Assembly: GCF_028641065.1 (NCBI RefSeq)
Contig: NC_073380.1
Coordinates: forward strand, 92,504,001-92,568,000
DNA length: 64,000 bases
Source of the DNA: Leucoraja erinacea
Taxonomy: Eukaryota
Direction of reading: 5' to 3'
The translations under genes were made by a program, and so were the position numbers. Below, in pieces: positions 49,911 through 62,940 of the stretch. Each line of letters begins with the position of its first letter. The stretch's first letter is position 1. The notes beneath the pieces are model-generated. The model was not told the origin of the DNA. It did not search any database and saw nothing but the letters and a program-made list of their open reading frames with translations.

Positions 49911-50403
49911 CTGCCATAGGAGGTAGTTGAGGCAGAGACTATCCTAACGTTTAAGAAACAACTAGACATGCACATGGATAGGACAGATTTGGAGGGATAT
50001 AAGCCAAACGTGGGCAGGTGGGACTGGTATAACTGGGACGTGTTGGCCGGTGTAGGCAAATTGGGTCGAAGGACCTGTTTCCACACTGTATCACTCTATT
50101 ACTCTAAGTCTCTATAACTCCTGGGTTTATCCCATGATGGTTATAGTGCGGTTATAGTGTTTCAGCTCCGTTTTATGCTAGGATGGGTGGAAATGGTGTT
50201 CTGTGAAGAGTGACATTGGTGCGCAGTTGAGCCAGGGAAGAAGCCAGATGTGCTAGCGTGAATCATGGCCGGGAATGCTTGGTTCAACTTTGCATTTATC
50301 GCGATTTCATCTGGAAATGATCCAAAGCCCGATCAAGTCCAGCTAAAGTCAAAACTGAATCGCATGCTGCATAAAAAAAGGGGTGCTATGCAATCCATTT
50401 TCT

Positions 50404-50851
50404 TTTTTTTCTTTTTTTCTTTATTTATTAGAAGTAAGTACAATATAGTGGTACCTTTTATCAGGTGCCAAATATATGTGGGCATGTTACATTCTATGTA
50501 CACTTCATTTTTTATTTTATTTTTAAATGAGAGGGAGGAAAAAGAGAACAGGCTATAGAGAGTAGAAAAAAACATGTGATGTGCAGCGTGTGAGAAAATA
50601 AACGAAGAGAGAGAGAGAGTGAGGGAGAGAAGTAAAAAAGAAGAAAGAGAGAGAGAGAAAGAGTAGAAAATAGATAGGAGATAAGTATTTATATTCTTGA
50701 CCAGACCTGAAACATTGGGTTTTTACGATTTTGTTGCACCATATGCTTCCAAGATGTCAATAAATGGAGACCAACACGTTAAGAATTGGTCTGGTTTATC
50801 TGTTAGGAGAAATCGCATTTCTTCAGGATGTGCTGTGTCCAACATATTTAG
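50404..50851 (-). mobile_element. 5'-truncated L1-clade element
   Basis: homologous to 32900-33320; poly(T) on the plus strand; 12-bp TSD aatccattttct (50392-403 and 50852-63). Confidence 0.85.
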
Positions 50852-51649
50852 AATCCATTTTCTAAGCAAATAACGATTTCCCTCAGGAAACAGTAAAATT
50901 CACAGTAAAATGACTGTAAAGTAAAATTCATTTTTGGTTAAAAGTCAGCTCATGATTAAAGCCTGCTAATCAAGTAGCAGAGTTGCAAAGTGCCATAGCA
51001 AATGTAATTTCAGGAATGGTTGTCCAACCCTGCAAGTGGAAATCATTACCCTGAATTACGCTGCTCGGACAATTTGATCACTTCATACTTCTGACACTGC
51101 CTTGAAATAGAGATTTGGGCACATTCATCAAAATAGTGCATCAGCCAGGGAAGAGCAATCCTAAACAAGCAGGAACCTCCAGAGTAAGGTACAATCTGAC
51201 ATCAGCGATAAACCGGGTCACTTTGATTTTCACAGAAGAGTGACTAGATCTACTGAGGAATTTATTGCACAGGAACACTTCATTATTTTCTTTCTTTATC
51301 TTCATGAGACATGCCACTGGAAGAAAAAGCAAGTGACACCCCAAATCTTTAATCTAAAAACTGGTACAATTTGACAATGTGAATGCTAAAACTCTTCTTT
51401 TTTTTAACAAGAGGTAAACTGTTAAGACACAGTGCATTTATACTGTATTGCAGGAAGTAACAAAACACCATTCAGCCAATTAAATACCTTTAGAAGTCCA
51501 AGAACTGTGGTAATTTAAACATTTAATAAATTCCAATGCCCTTCTTCTAAACAGCAGAAGTCCCTTCAAATCATGGAAGCATAGATTTGTTACAGCAAAG
51601 AGGGAGATCACTTAACCCATGCCTGTCTATTCTTTAGATTCGACCAGGT

Positions 51650-51915
51650 TAGGTATACAGCACGGAAACGGGCCCTTCAGCCCACCGAGTCCCGCCAACC
51701 ATTGATCACCCATTCACACACTAGTTCTACGCACTCCATACACACGAGGGCCCATTTACAGATGCCAATTAACCTACAAACTTTCACATCTTTGGGATGA
51801 GGGAGAATAATCGGAGCAGCCGGAGGAACCCATTAATCACAGGAAGTAAGTACAGACAGCACCCAAGATCAGGACAAACCCAGGTCCCTGATTCTGTGAG
51901 GCATCAGCTCTATAC
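51650..51915 (-). mobile_element. HE1-like SINE
   Basis: acagcacggaaacgggcccttcagcccaccgagtcc..ccaattaacctacaaa..tacagacagcaccc. Confidence 0.8.
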
Positions 51916-52304
51916 CCCAGTCCTTTCTCACCAGCGCTGCAAATTATCCCCTCTCATCCCCATCCAGGGTGGGAGATTGCAACCTTCACATGGTCCGCCC
52001 TGTTTCGACGAATCCAATCAACCTGGCGTGCACAATCAGATAAGATTAAATAGAACAAGTTGTCCTACAACTTTAGGCTGTGCACGTCATACGCAAGAAG
52101 ATGATCCCCATCCAGTTCCCTACTGATGGCAGTGGTTGATTCTGTTTCATAAAGAGTCATAGAGTTATACAGCATGGAAACAGGCCCTCCACTCAACTTG
52201 CCCACATTAGCCAAAATGTCCCATCTATACTAGTCCCACCTGCCTGCGTTTGGCCCATATCCCTCTGTCCTTTCATCTTTCCACCATGCAAATTTCGCAC
52301 ATCA

Positions 52305-52715
52305 CTGCCCCCCACCCCCCCCCCCCCCCCCCCCCTACACCCTACTGCTACACCCCCCCCCCCACACCCCCAACCCACACCTCACCCCCACCCCCCCCCC
52401 CCCCACCCCACCCCCCCCCCCCACCCCACCCCCCCCACCCCCACCCCCACACCCACCCCCACCCACCCCCCCCCCCCCCCCCCCCACCCCACCCCCCCCC
52501 CCACCCCCACCCCCACCCCCACCAAACCCACCCCCACCCCCAAACTCCACCCCCATCCCCAAACCCACCCCCCCCCCCCCAAATCCAACCCCCCCCCCAC
52601 CCCCCCCCCCCCACCCCCACCCTCCCCCCCCTTCACCCCCCCCCCCCCCCCCCCCCCCCCACCACCCCAACCCCCCCCCCCATCCCCCCCCCCAACCCCA
52701 CCCCCCCCCCCCCCA
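52305..52715. repeat. C-rich low-complexity tract (G-runs on the minus strand)
   Basis: almost pure C/A; source of the poly-Pro and poly-Gly pseudo-ORFs. Confidence 0.9.
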
Positions 52716-53287
52716 AACCCAGGTTTCTCTTGCTTTACTCTTACATCTTTTGCCCACAATTTAATTCTCTGTCCTTGAACCATCCACTCATGGAAATACT
52801 ATATTTCCCCATTCTAAACCCAATCCTAACTCTATCCTAAACCATTCCACTTCTCTCAACCTTTATTGCTCCCTGTAGTGCTGCACCATCTTCTCCATCC
52901 TAAACTTATACTGAAGGCCCTTATTCCTCGAACCATTCTGGTGAACCTTCTCTGCACCTGAACAGAGACCTTCACATCCTTCCTGAAGTTTTGGAAGAGC
53001 AGTTTTTGTTTGCATTAGTCCAGTTATGGCCTAACCAATATTTTGTATTGATTCAATGTAACCTCCCTCCTTTCATTCTATTTATGAGTGATAAGATTCT
53101 GTGCGATGTATGAGCCATTTTCTCAACATAAGGTTGTCAGCTTAAAGAATTTCTGCACAGCCTTAGAAATATGGACTATGTATTAGCAGATACACTGTTG
53201 AGTTTCCAAGCACAGTAGTATATTTTTTGACACTGTTACATTGGGGTGCAGATATAAACACAATGTGAAAAATATACATCTTCTAGA

Positions 53288-53708
53288 TAGAAACATAGAA
53301 ACATAGAAAATAGGTGCAGGAGTAGGCCATTCGGCCCTTCGAGCCTGCACCGCCATTCAATATGATCATGGCTGATCATCCAACTCAGTATCCTGTACCT
53401 GCCTTCTCTCCATACCCCCTGATCCCTTTAGCCACAAGGGCCACATCTAACTCCCTCTTAAATATAGCCAATGAACTGGCCTCAACTACCTTCTGTGGCA
53501 GAGAATTCCACAGATTCACCACTATCTGTGTGAAAAATGTTTTTTCTCATCTCAGTCCTAAAATACTTCCCTCTTATCCTTAAACTGTGACCACTAGTTC
53601 TGGACTTCCCCAACATCGGGAATAATCTTCCTGCAACTAGCCTGTCCAACCCCTTAAGAATTTTGTAAGTTTCTATAAGATCCCCCCTCAATCTTCTAAA
53701 TTCTAGCG
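53288..53708 (-). mobile_element. CR1 (HER-type) 3' end
   Basis: RGDLIETYKILKGLDRL; (tagaaaca)n tail. Confidence 0.92.
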
Positions 53709-54814
53709 TGAATGTAAGGTTACATTCAACTGGATGCCATTAAGATCAATAGCTATACATCTTAAAGTGTCAGGGAACCTAACCCCCTCCTTTTCAATGT
53801 ACTCTATCATAGGTTGGATTATAATTGTTCCTACACATGGTTAGTTTGGCTTCAGGGTTTACTATCCTTCCCTAAAGACAAGGTCTTTTTTTTCTTCAAT
53901 ATTTACATTCTAAGTCAACCTTCAGCGGGTTTTGCCGGAACAGAACAGGAACATGGAGAAGAATTGTCTGATCCCACCTCACTTACTCCACTATTGAATG
54001 AGATAGCCACTATTGAACGACCATCTCAACTCCATCTAACCATCTGTGTTTCTATGTTTCTATGTTTCCATTAGAACATAGGAAATATGAGCAGGAGAAG
54101 GAGTTGGCCTTGCGGTCCTGCATGCCCGCTCTGTCATTCAGCAAGATCATGGCATATCTTCCACCATTATCCTATCCTGTCTTCAGATCTTTTGATGCCC
54201 TTGATATAGAAACACCTCATAATCTCTACTTTGAATGCAATCTACGACAGGACTTCCACAACCCTTTAGAGAATTCCAACTATTCACAACTTCTATGTGG
54301 GAAAATCTCCTCATTCTACATGGCCAATCCAATATTTTTTAGAGTGTGGCTCCTCATCCTATGTAGCTTACCAAGGAAACAAACTCCACCATTTTGCAAA
54401 GAATTGTTCTATGTTTCTGAACTCAAGGTGACAGAGGCTTACCCACGCCAATTTCTAACCAGGTGATGCACCCACCATCCCAGGAACCAGTCTGGTAAAT
54501 ATTTGCTGAAGACTGAGAAGGGTTCCAACCCGAAACATTATCTGTCTATTTCCTTCCACAGTTGCTGCCTGACCCACTGTGTTCCTACACACTTTTCTTT
54601 TTGCTCAAGATTCCAATATCTGCAGTATCTTGTGTCCCCGTGTATTCTTAGTGTGTTCACAAATTTCCTTATCAAACATCTCCTGAAATGTCAAATACAC
54701 CATATCCATTAGTTCTCCATCTCTGCCAGGACTGCAATAGTGTAATCAAACGGGGTTTTCCAAATTGACTCAATCACATGACCATTTATTAAGTGTCTTA
54801 GTGGAGCAGCTGAT

Positions 54815-55190
54815 TGAACTGTTGTCTCACAATGCCAGAGACCTCATGTGCTCTCTGTGTGGAGTTTGCATGTTCTCCTTGAGACTGCGTGGGTGTCCTC
54901 CGGGTGCTCCGGTTTTCTCCCACATCCCATAAAGACATGAGCATTTGTAGGTTGACAGCATCCTTCGCTCCATAGATACTGCTGCACCCGCTGAGTTTCT
55001 CCATCAATTTTGTGTACCTTCTATCTTCCAGCATCTGCAGTTCCTTCTTGAGCATTCGTAGGTTAATTGGCCTCTATAAAATGTCTGAGTGAATGCGTAA
55101 ATAGGAAAACATAGAACTAGTGAAGGGGTAATCGATAGTTGGCGTGGACTCGGCGAGCTGAAGATGCTGTTTCCATGTTGTATCTAAATT
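54815..55190 (+). mobile_element. HE1-like SINE with nested Penelope-type insert (about 54961-55050)
   Basis: gtggagtttgcatgttctcc..ccggttttctcccacatccc; flanks agcatttgtaggttga and agcattcgtaggttaa. Confidence 0.8.
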
Positions 55191-55286
55191 AAATATTATC
55201 TTGCTCTTAATAGTACATTTCAGTCATTTCAATGTCAAACTAACAGATCGATAGTGCCCTGATTTTTTTTCTCCTTTCACTCATTA

Positions 55287-55720
55287 CCATATAACCATAT
55301 AACCATATAACAATTACAGCACGGAAACAGGCCATCTCGACCCTTCTAGTCCGTGCCGAACACATAATCTCCCCTAGTCCCATATACCTGCGCTCAGACC
55401 ATAACCCTCCATTCCCTTCCCATCCATGTAACTATCCAATTTATTTTTAAATGATAAAAACGAACCTGCCTCCACCACCTTCACTGGAAGCTCATTCCAC
55501 ACAGCTACCACTCTCTGAGTAAAGAAGTTCCCCCTCATGTTACCCCTAAACTTCAGTCCCTTAATTCTCATGTCATGTCCCCTTGTTTGAATCTTCCCTA
55601 CTCTCAGTGGGAAAAGCTTTTCCACGTCAACTCTGTCTATCCCTCTCATCATTTTAAAAACCTCTATCAAGTCCCCCCTTAACCTTCTGCGCTCCAAAGA
55701 ATAAAGCCCTAACTTGTTCT
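55287..55720 (-). mobile_element. CR1 3' end, (aaccatat)n-tail subfamily
   Basis: ERRRLRGDLIEVFKMMRGIDRVD..FFTQRVVAVWNELP. Confidence 0.92.
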
Positions 55721-56681
55721 AAGTTACTAGTGGGATCACTCTCCAATCTGCAGGAACCATTCCAGGAACTGGATTGAGGCAGCACAGTGGCACAGCGGTA
55801 GAGTTGCTGCCTTACAGCGCCAGATATCCGTGTCAATCCTGACTACGGGTGCTGTCTGTATGGAGTTTGCAGGTTCTGCCCGTGACCGCTTGGGTATAAT
55901 CACTTGCACTGGACCCTTGGTTCATCCATATTTCTGGTAGTATTATTATTTTCTGTAAAGACAGGCACAAAGTAATTATTTAACTCTCCTGTCATTCCTT
56001 CAACTGCTATTGTAATTTCTTCTCTTTCTGTATCTAAAAGATTGCTCCCACTATTCTTTTCCATTTTACACACCCAAAAATCTCATTTTAATTTTCTTCA
56101 CTCATTTATTCTCATATTGTAGATTCCCTTTATCAAATTCTTGGACATCCATTGTAGAATACTAAAATGCTCTCTACCCCCAGGCTCGCTGCTTTTACTG
56201 CCATCTTTATAATCCTTTCCTGAATGATAATACTCTCTTTAATTTCTTCCCTAATCTATGGTTGGACCATTTTTCCTGTTGTGCCTTCGTTCCTTGGACA
56301 TTTATATTTTCTGCAAATGATGAAGTTTTTTAACTGCCAGCATTTCTCTGTCCATAATTATATTTTCTGATGAATCTTCTCACAAGTGCCCACAACCAAC
56401 TCACAACGCATACCTTTATAAATTCTGCTGTTTAGATTGAGTCCGGCTTTCAAATTGAACCACATCACATTCAAACATACAAAGATAAATGGGAAGTGGC
56501 AGGAAATTGCTTCAAAGATACCAATGTCTGGTATATTTGCAGAAACAAATGTCAAAAAAATTAACCATCCAAATCTGCATCCAATTAAAAAGGATTTTGC
56601 ATGATGGAGAGGTGTAAGTTGATGCATTATTTTTTATTATTCATTCAAGGAATGTTAGTTTCACAGGCAGATCCCGCATTT

Positions 56682-56986
56682 AATAGTAAGATTAAACGAG
56701 TACTTACCAGTACGAAGTTTGATCTGTATTTTATGAGGAGTTACGGTGAGGGATTAAGTGAAGACCCCAGCTCCAGTGCGCATGCGGCATACTTCGAAGC
56801 AGCGGTGTGAAATCACAGAATAGACACAATATTTGAAGTAAGATAGTAAAGATCACGAGACATCAGTTTATTAGCTTGATCTGTATAATGAGGGTGGGAG
56901 CGGCGGGCACTTAATCCCTCACCGTAACTCCTCATAAAATACAGATCAAACTTCGTACTGGTAAGTACTCGTTTAATCTTACTATT
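56682..56986. repeat. perfect 79-bp inverted repeat (DIRS terminal extension / ICR)
   Basis: 56682-56760 is the exact reverse complement of 56908-56986. Confidence 0.95.
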
Positions 56987-59685
56987 TTACTTCGGAGTCA
57001 CGTGAGTGATTCCGTGAAGACTTCAAAGGTCTGTGATTTCAAACCGTGTAACAGTTTTTATTTCACTCACTGCCGAAGTTTATGAGGGAGGAAGTGTTAT
57101 CGTAATCAACCAGTGGATCTGCTTTCAAAAGAAACAGAAAGGTATTTGTTAACAATAACAACATAACAGAGCTCCTCTGAGCTTAAATTAATATTGCAGT
57201 TTGTAATATTCTCCTGCAATTAAATCAGGTTTATCAACGGTTTATAATAAAAAATGTTCTGAACGCGGTTCCCTTGACCATTCTGCTGTATTGAAAATGT
57301 GGTCAACCGGGATGTCCATTCGTTCAGCCGCTGATATCAATGCTGCCCTAGTGGAATGGGATTAAATGTATTATTATCTATTCCGGCAGCTTTCAGTACC
57401 TGTTTGAGCCACCTTGGAGTGGTTTGGCTCGTACCCCGTTTTGGGTTACTGTGGTTGACCCATAGGCTTTCCTCTCCCTCTAAGATAGTGGGTTGTGTCT
57501 ATATATAGTAGTAGATGGGTCACCACACTCAACCTGGACTCTGGTGGGTAGGCCCGGAATCCCACCAGTGAATCGGGCGTTCCTGGTCCATATAGCCATA
57601 TAACGACTACAGCACGGAAAACACAGGCGATCTCGACCCTGCTAGTTCGTGCCGAATCCATATACCTGCGAGTTAGATTTTACCAGACCTAGAATATGAA
57701 CGTGATGCGTCTGGGGTAATCACCATGTATCCAGTCTAGTTTATGGAGTGACCGGACTCTTTGAGCGTGTACGAGAGCCATAAGCATGAGCCTTTTTTAA
57801 AAACATAGATTAAGCAAGCTGAGGGATCTGGCTGGTGCCATTCTCTGAGGTATGTCAATATCACACCAATATCCCATACATGGGTATATACCTGGGTGTT
57901 TGGGGCTTATATTATAGTTGCCCTTCATAAGTTTACCTTCAGTGGATGGGATCCCATGCTCTGCTGACATGCGGTTTTAGATAAGCAGATAAGGCGCTCC
58001 ATGCTGTATTTACGGCACTGTAACTCACCTTTTAGTCATGGTGTAGATGTTCCAGGAACTCCAATACGTCAGTGGTTGAATAGTTCGTTGTCCCTGCGTC
58101 GTGGCAGTATTTTACCCATGTTAGCTTTTAGTGACTGTTCGCAGGGATGCTGACATGGTGGTAATGGTTCCTTTGGATAATCCCAGTCCCTGGTAAGGTC
58201 TATTCAAAACCTGCACCCAGGAGTTTGATGTTTCCCTGGCATGGGTGGCTTATGCCTGATACTGGGTTGAGTCAGCAACCATGGTCCACTAGGGAAATCC
58301 ATAGGTGACTCGCCCACCGTGTCGTGATGAACTGGGAACCATGGCTGTAGGCCGGTCGGGCACGTTCAATATCTCGGAGACAGATCCCATCTGTATTGCG
58401 AAGTGCCCGACGGATGAGGCAGAAGGGAGGAAGGCAAAGCAGAAATTCCCCCTTCCAGCGTATAGGCATCTATCGCTGCTGCCTCTAATCTGGTTCCTAA
58501 GTCACATACATGGGTTACTGGTGATTCCGTCTTGTTGCAACCAAATTGATATCTGGCTTTCAAACTGCTTAATAAATTTAGCAGATATTTTGGGTTATGA
58601 CATCTATTCAATGTAATCATAAATTGTACCCCGTGACATGGTGTCTCCTACTGTGTTCTAGCTTCCTAGGACATAGGCAGCTGATAGTTAAAATGTCTTT
58701 TGACACACCATTGACAGATTTGTTTGACCAATTTGTTGCACAATAATGATTATTATGCTCCCCATATGGTTGATATAAGCCACCACCATAGTATTATCAA
58801 TCCGTAACCACATATGTACGTGCTGCATTTGAAATGCATATGCTTTTTAGCCCAATAGGCGATCACCAATCCCAAGAAGTTGATGCCCGGTATGTGTAGT
58901 AACGATGTTTGTGACTTGGTCCATCTGTTACCTGTGCTGGATATGGAGTTTAGTTGCTCCCCAGCCTAAAGTACTGGCATTGGTTTTTAAAAATAACCAA
59001 GTTGGGATTGGTGATGATAATAGGGCTGAAAACTATGCCAAATATATGTCTGCCCACCACCTTAATTGTGATATAGCTTCAGTGGGTACATTAATGATTT
59101 GATTATAGTGACCCAAGTGTCTTGGCAAAGTAACAGTCATATGGACGGAATTGTTATTGAAGCCCAGATAATCCTTGGTAGTAACGCTTCAATTCTGGTT
59201 TATCTGGGCGTGGGATGAACCTCAGCTTTAGGGAGCTGTTTCGTAGCTAGAACTGCTCCACAGCTAATTCCTTTGTTTCCCCTAATATGAGGATATCATC
59301 CAATATGTGCCATGATTATGCTTGTTTTCTTAATATTTTCATGGCCATTTTTAATAGTTTAGGGCGGAGGTTTAGACCATATGAAATGCTATATGCTCCC
59401 ATGGTTGCCCTAACCGGGATATCCATGATCCAGGTAAATATATTTAGGTATCTATAATGATCCTAGTGTATGGTATAAGATAGTTAGCATCTCCCATATC
59501 AATGCTCCCCATAGGTATCCTAGGGAGATCAGATGTCTGGCAGTGACAAAACTCCACCTCCATCTTAAAGTGGATATACTCAACAGATTTATTTAGTGAT
59601 ATTAGATCAATGATGATGCTACATTCATCATCTTTTATAGTTTTGGTGAATATATTCGATACAAATTCCAATCCGTTTAGTAATT
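56682..59685 (-). mobile_element. 5'-truncated, decayed DIRS1-type tyrosine-recombinase retrotransposon
   Basis: RT: FVSNIFTK..IIIDL..LNK.VEY.HFKME and LDDILIL (about 59290); RNase H: IDNTMVVAYINHMG (about 58780); methyltransferase: PDINLVATR.NHQ, AAAIDAY, PPFCLI; YR: RWLKQVLKAAGID and HSTRAA..TAEWS (57270-57420); ICR and right ITR. Confidence 0.92.
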
Positions 59686-60235
59686 CGAGCCTGCACCGCC
59701 ATTCAATATGATCATAGCTGATCATCCAACTCAGTATTCTGTACCTGCCTACTCTCCATACCCCCTGATCCCTTTAGCCACAAGGGCCACATCTAACTCC
59801 CTCTTAAATATAGCCAATGAACTGGCCTCAACTACCCTCTGTGGCAGAGAGTTCCAGAGATTCACCACTCTCTGTGTGAAAAAAGTTCTTCTCATCTCGG
59901 TTTTAAAGGATTTCCCCCCTTATCCTTAAGCTGTGACCCCTTGTTCTGGACTTCCCCAACATCGGGAACAATCTTCCTGCATCTAGCCTGTCCAACCCCT
60001 TAAGAATTTTGTAAGTTTCTATAAGATCCCCCCTCAATCTCCTAAATTCTAGCGAGTACAAGCCGAGTCTATCCTGTCTTTCTTCATATGAAAGTCCTGT
60101 CATCCCAGGAATCAGTCTGGTGAACCCTCTCTGTACTCCCTCTATGGCAAGAATGTCTTTCCTCAGATTAGGAGACCAAAACTGTACGCAATACTCCAGG
60201 TGTGGTCTCACCAAGACCCTGTACAACTGCAGTAG
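59686..60235 (-). mobile_element. CR1 (HER-type) 3' fragment abutting the DIRS RT
   Basis: LLQLYRVLVRPHLEYCVQFWSPNLRKDI..RGDLIETYK. Confidence 0.92.
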
Positions 60236-60354
60236 AGTGAGCGGAAAGTATATAGATGGAAGGAGATGGGGGAAGGAAGAATGATGGGATAGTAGGAGTA
60301 ATATGTTCACTCCAGGTATGAGGCAGGGGCACATGAAAGAGAGCGGAGGGAGGT

Positions 60355-60522
60355 ATTAAATAAAATTGGAGAAGTTATTATTCATAGCATTGGGTTGTAA
60401 GCCATCCAAGCGGAACATGTGGTGCTGCTCCTCAAATTTGTATGTGGCCTCACTCTGGCAATGGAGGAGTGGGATGAGGAATGGACAGGAAGGTCGGTAT
60501 GGGAATGGGAAGGGGAGTTAAT
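60355..60522 (-). mobile_element. Penelope-like element GIY-YIG endonuclease C-terminal remnant
   Basis: manual translation across a frame break: NSPSHSHTDL..LLHCQSEATYKFEEQHHMFRLDGLQPNAMNNNFSNF. Confidence 0.75.
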
Positions 60523-61099
60523 AGATTGTCTGGACATTATGACGTTCCTGAGTTTGGGAGCCTGCTATACGTTAAATTAGTTTCCATCTTTCCTACAATG
60601 GAAGTGTACTCATTTTTTGCCAGAAGAACACTAGAAAACCTTGTGGTCATGAAATATATTTAATGTTTCGACTAGCATGTATTTTTTGCTTGAGTTACTC
60701 ATGCTAACTTCACAATGTTTCAAGCCAATTAGTCTTTCACATCAATGTATTTTTAAGTAAAAACAGTTTATGGCACAGAAATAAGCTAGTGGGTGCAATC
60801 GAGTAACATAATGTAATATTATAATATGTGATACAATATATGTAAGGTAAGTATGTAATGTAAGCCAGCAATATTGAATGTTCCAGTTCAAACTTGACTA
60901 GTTGTTCCCTTCCATTTACTTATTTTTGTTCCTGTCCAAACACCACAGGATCGGTCTGCTCCAAGCACACCTGCATCCATTAGTGAAGCTCACAGTCCCG
61001 TCTGGGCACAGTGTCCTCCCTGTCTAAGATTCCAGATTAATCGTGTTCCGTTTGCCAAGGCCTCTCCATTCTCCCCCATTCTCTCTGGCAACATCCCCC

Positions 61100-62582
61100 C
61101 TCTGGCATCCCCGGGCGCGTGCTCAGGGCCTGTGCTGCGCAGCTGACAGACATCTGGACTGACATCTTCAACCTGTCACTTGCCCAAGCAGTTGTCCCCA
61201 CTTGCCTTAAAACCACCTCCATCGTGCCAGTGCCAAAACACTCCACTGCGGCAAGCCTCAACGACTTCCGCCCAGTTGCACTTACCCCCATCATCACCAA
61301 GTGCTTCGAGAGGCTGGTCCTGGCACACCTCAAAAGCTGCCTACCCCCCACACTGGATCCATATCAGTTTGCCTACCGCAAGAACAGGAGTACGGAGGAT
61401 GCCATCTCAACAGCACTTCACTCCGCCCTCTCCCACCTTGACAACAGAGACACTTATGTAAGAATGCTGTTCATCGATTACAGCTCAGCATTCAACACCA
61501 TTATACCATCAAAACTGATCACCAAACTCGGTAACCTGGGCATCGACCCCTCCCTCTGCAACTGGATACTGGACTTTCTAACCAACAGACCCCAGTCTGT
61601 GAGGTTAGACAAGCACACCTCTTCAACCCTCACCCTGAATCGGCGTTCCACAGGGCTGTGTGCTGAGCCCCCTCCTCTACTCCCTCTTCACCTATGACTG
61701 CACACCTGTACATGGTACTAATACCATCATCAAGTATGCAGATGATACAACGGTGATTGGCCTCATCAGCAACAACGATGAGCTGGCCTACAGGGAGGAG
61801 GACCAGCACTTAGCAGCATGGTGCGCTGACAACAACCTGGCCCTTAACTCCAAGAAGACCAAGGAGCTCATTGTAGACTTCAGGAAGTCCAGAGGCGGCA
61901 CACACACCCCCATCCACATTAACGGGACGGAGGTGGAACGTGTTTCTAGCTTCAGGTTCCTGGGAGTCAACATCTCTGATGACATCTCTTGGACCCACAA
62001 TACCTCTACTCTGATCAAGAAGGCTCATCAGCGTCTCTTCTTCCCGAGGAGACTGAAGAAGGTCCATCTGTCTCCTCAGATCCTGGTGAACTTCTACCGC
62101 TGCACCATCGAGAGCATCCTTACCAACTGCATCACAGTATGGTATGGCAACTGCTCTGTCTCCGACCGGAAGGCATTGCAGAGGGTGGTGAAAATTGCCC
62201 AACGCATCACCGGTTCCTCGCTCCCCTCCATTGAGTCTGTCCAAAGCAAGCGCTGTCTGTGGAGGGCGCTCAGCATCGCCAAGGACTGCTCTCACCCCAA
62301 CCATGGACTGTTTACCCTCCTACCATCCGGGAGGCGCTACAGGTCTCTCCGTTGCCGAACCAGCAGGTCAAGGAACAGCTTCTTTCCGGCGGCTGTCACT
62401 CTACTCAACAACGTACCTCGGTGACTGCCAATCACCACCCCCCCCCCCCCGGACACTTATTATTATTTATTCAAATCGTTTGCTATGTCGCTCTTCCAGG
62501 GAGATGTTAAATGCATTTCGTTGTCTCTGTACTGTACACTGACAATGACAATTAAAATTGAATCTGAATCTGAATCTGAATC
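61100..62582 (+). mobile_element. 5'-truncated Rex1/Babar LINE (RT), frameshift near 61640
   Basis: [55 protein letters not shown]; tail gacaattaaa + (tgaatc)n. Confidence 0.95.
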
Positions 62583-62669
62583 TCTGCCAGTCCCAGCATT
62601 ACAGCAGCTAGATTCTTCATTATTATTGCTTGCTTCAATGCCCCTGGCTTTCATTTTAATTGTTCTCAC

Positions 62670-62940
62670 CTTGTGTATGTGTGTCCATCTGTGTCGGTGC
62701 GTACATGGCCCTGTGTACATACGTGTATCGACGTGTGCATGTTTGTGCGTAAATGTGTCACCATGAGTACATGGTGCGTGTGCGTGTGTGTGTATTTGTT
62801 TGCTTACAGGGTTAGACCAAATCATTTGCTTCTATGTCATATTTTGTGTACACGAATGCTGTTTCTGTATGTGCATGTGCATTTGTGTGCATGCACATTG
62901 TGTGTGTGTGTATGTGCGCGTGTGTGTAGGTGCATGTGTT
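62670..62940. repeat. degenerate (TG)n-rich tract
   Basis: direct inspection. Confidence 0.8.

Noticed and set aside
52250-52840. Extensin/formin-like poly-Pro and poly-Gly ORFs (also 12409-12691)
   Set aside because: Low-complexity C/G tracts, possibly inflated by sequencing error.
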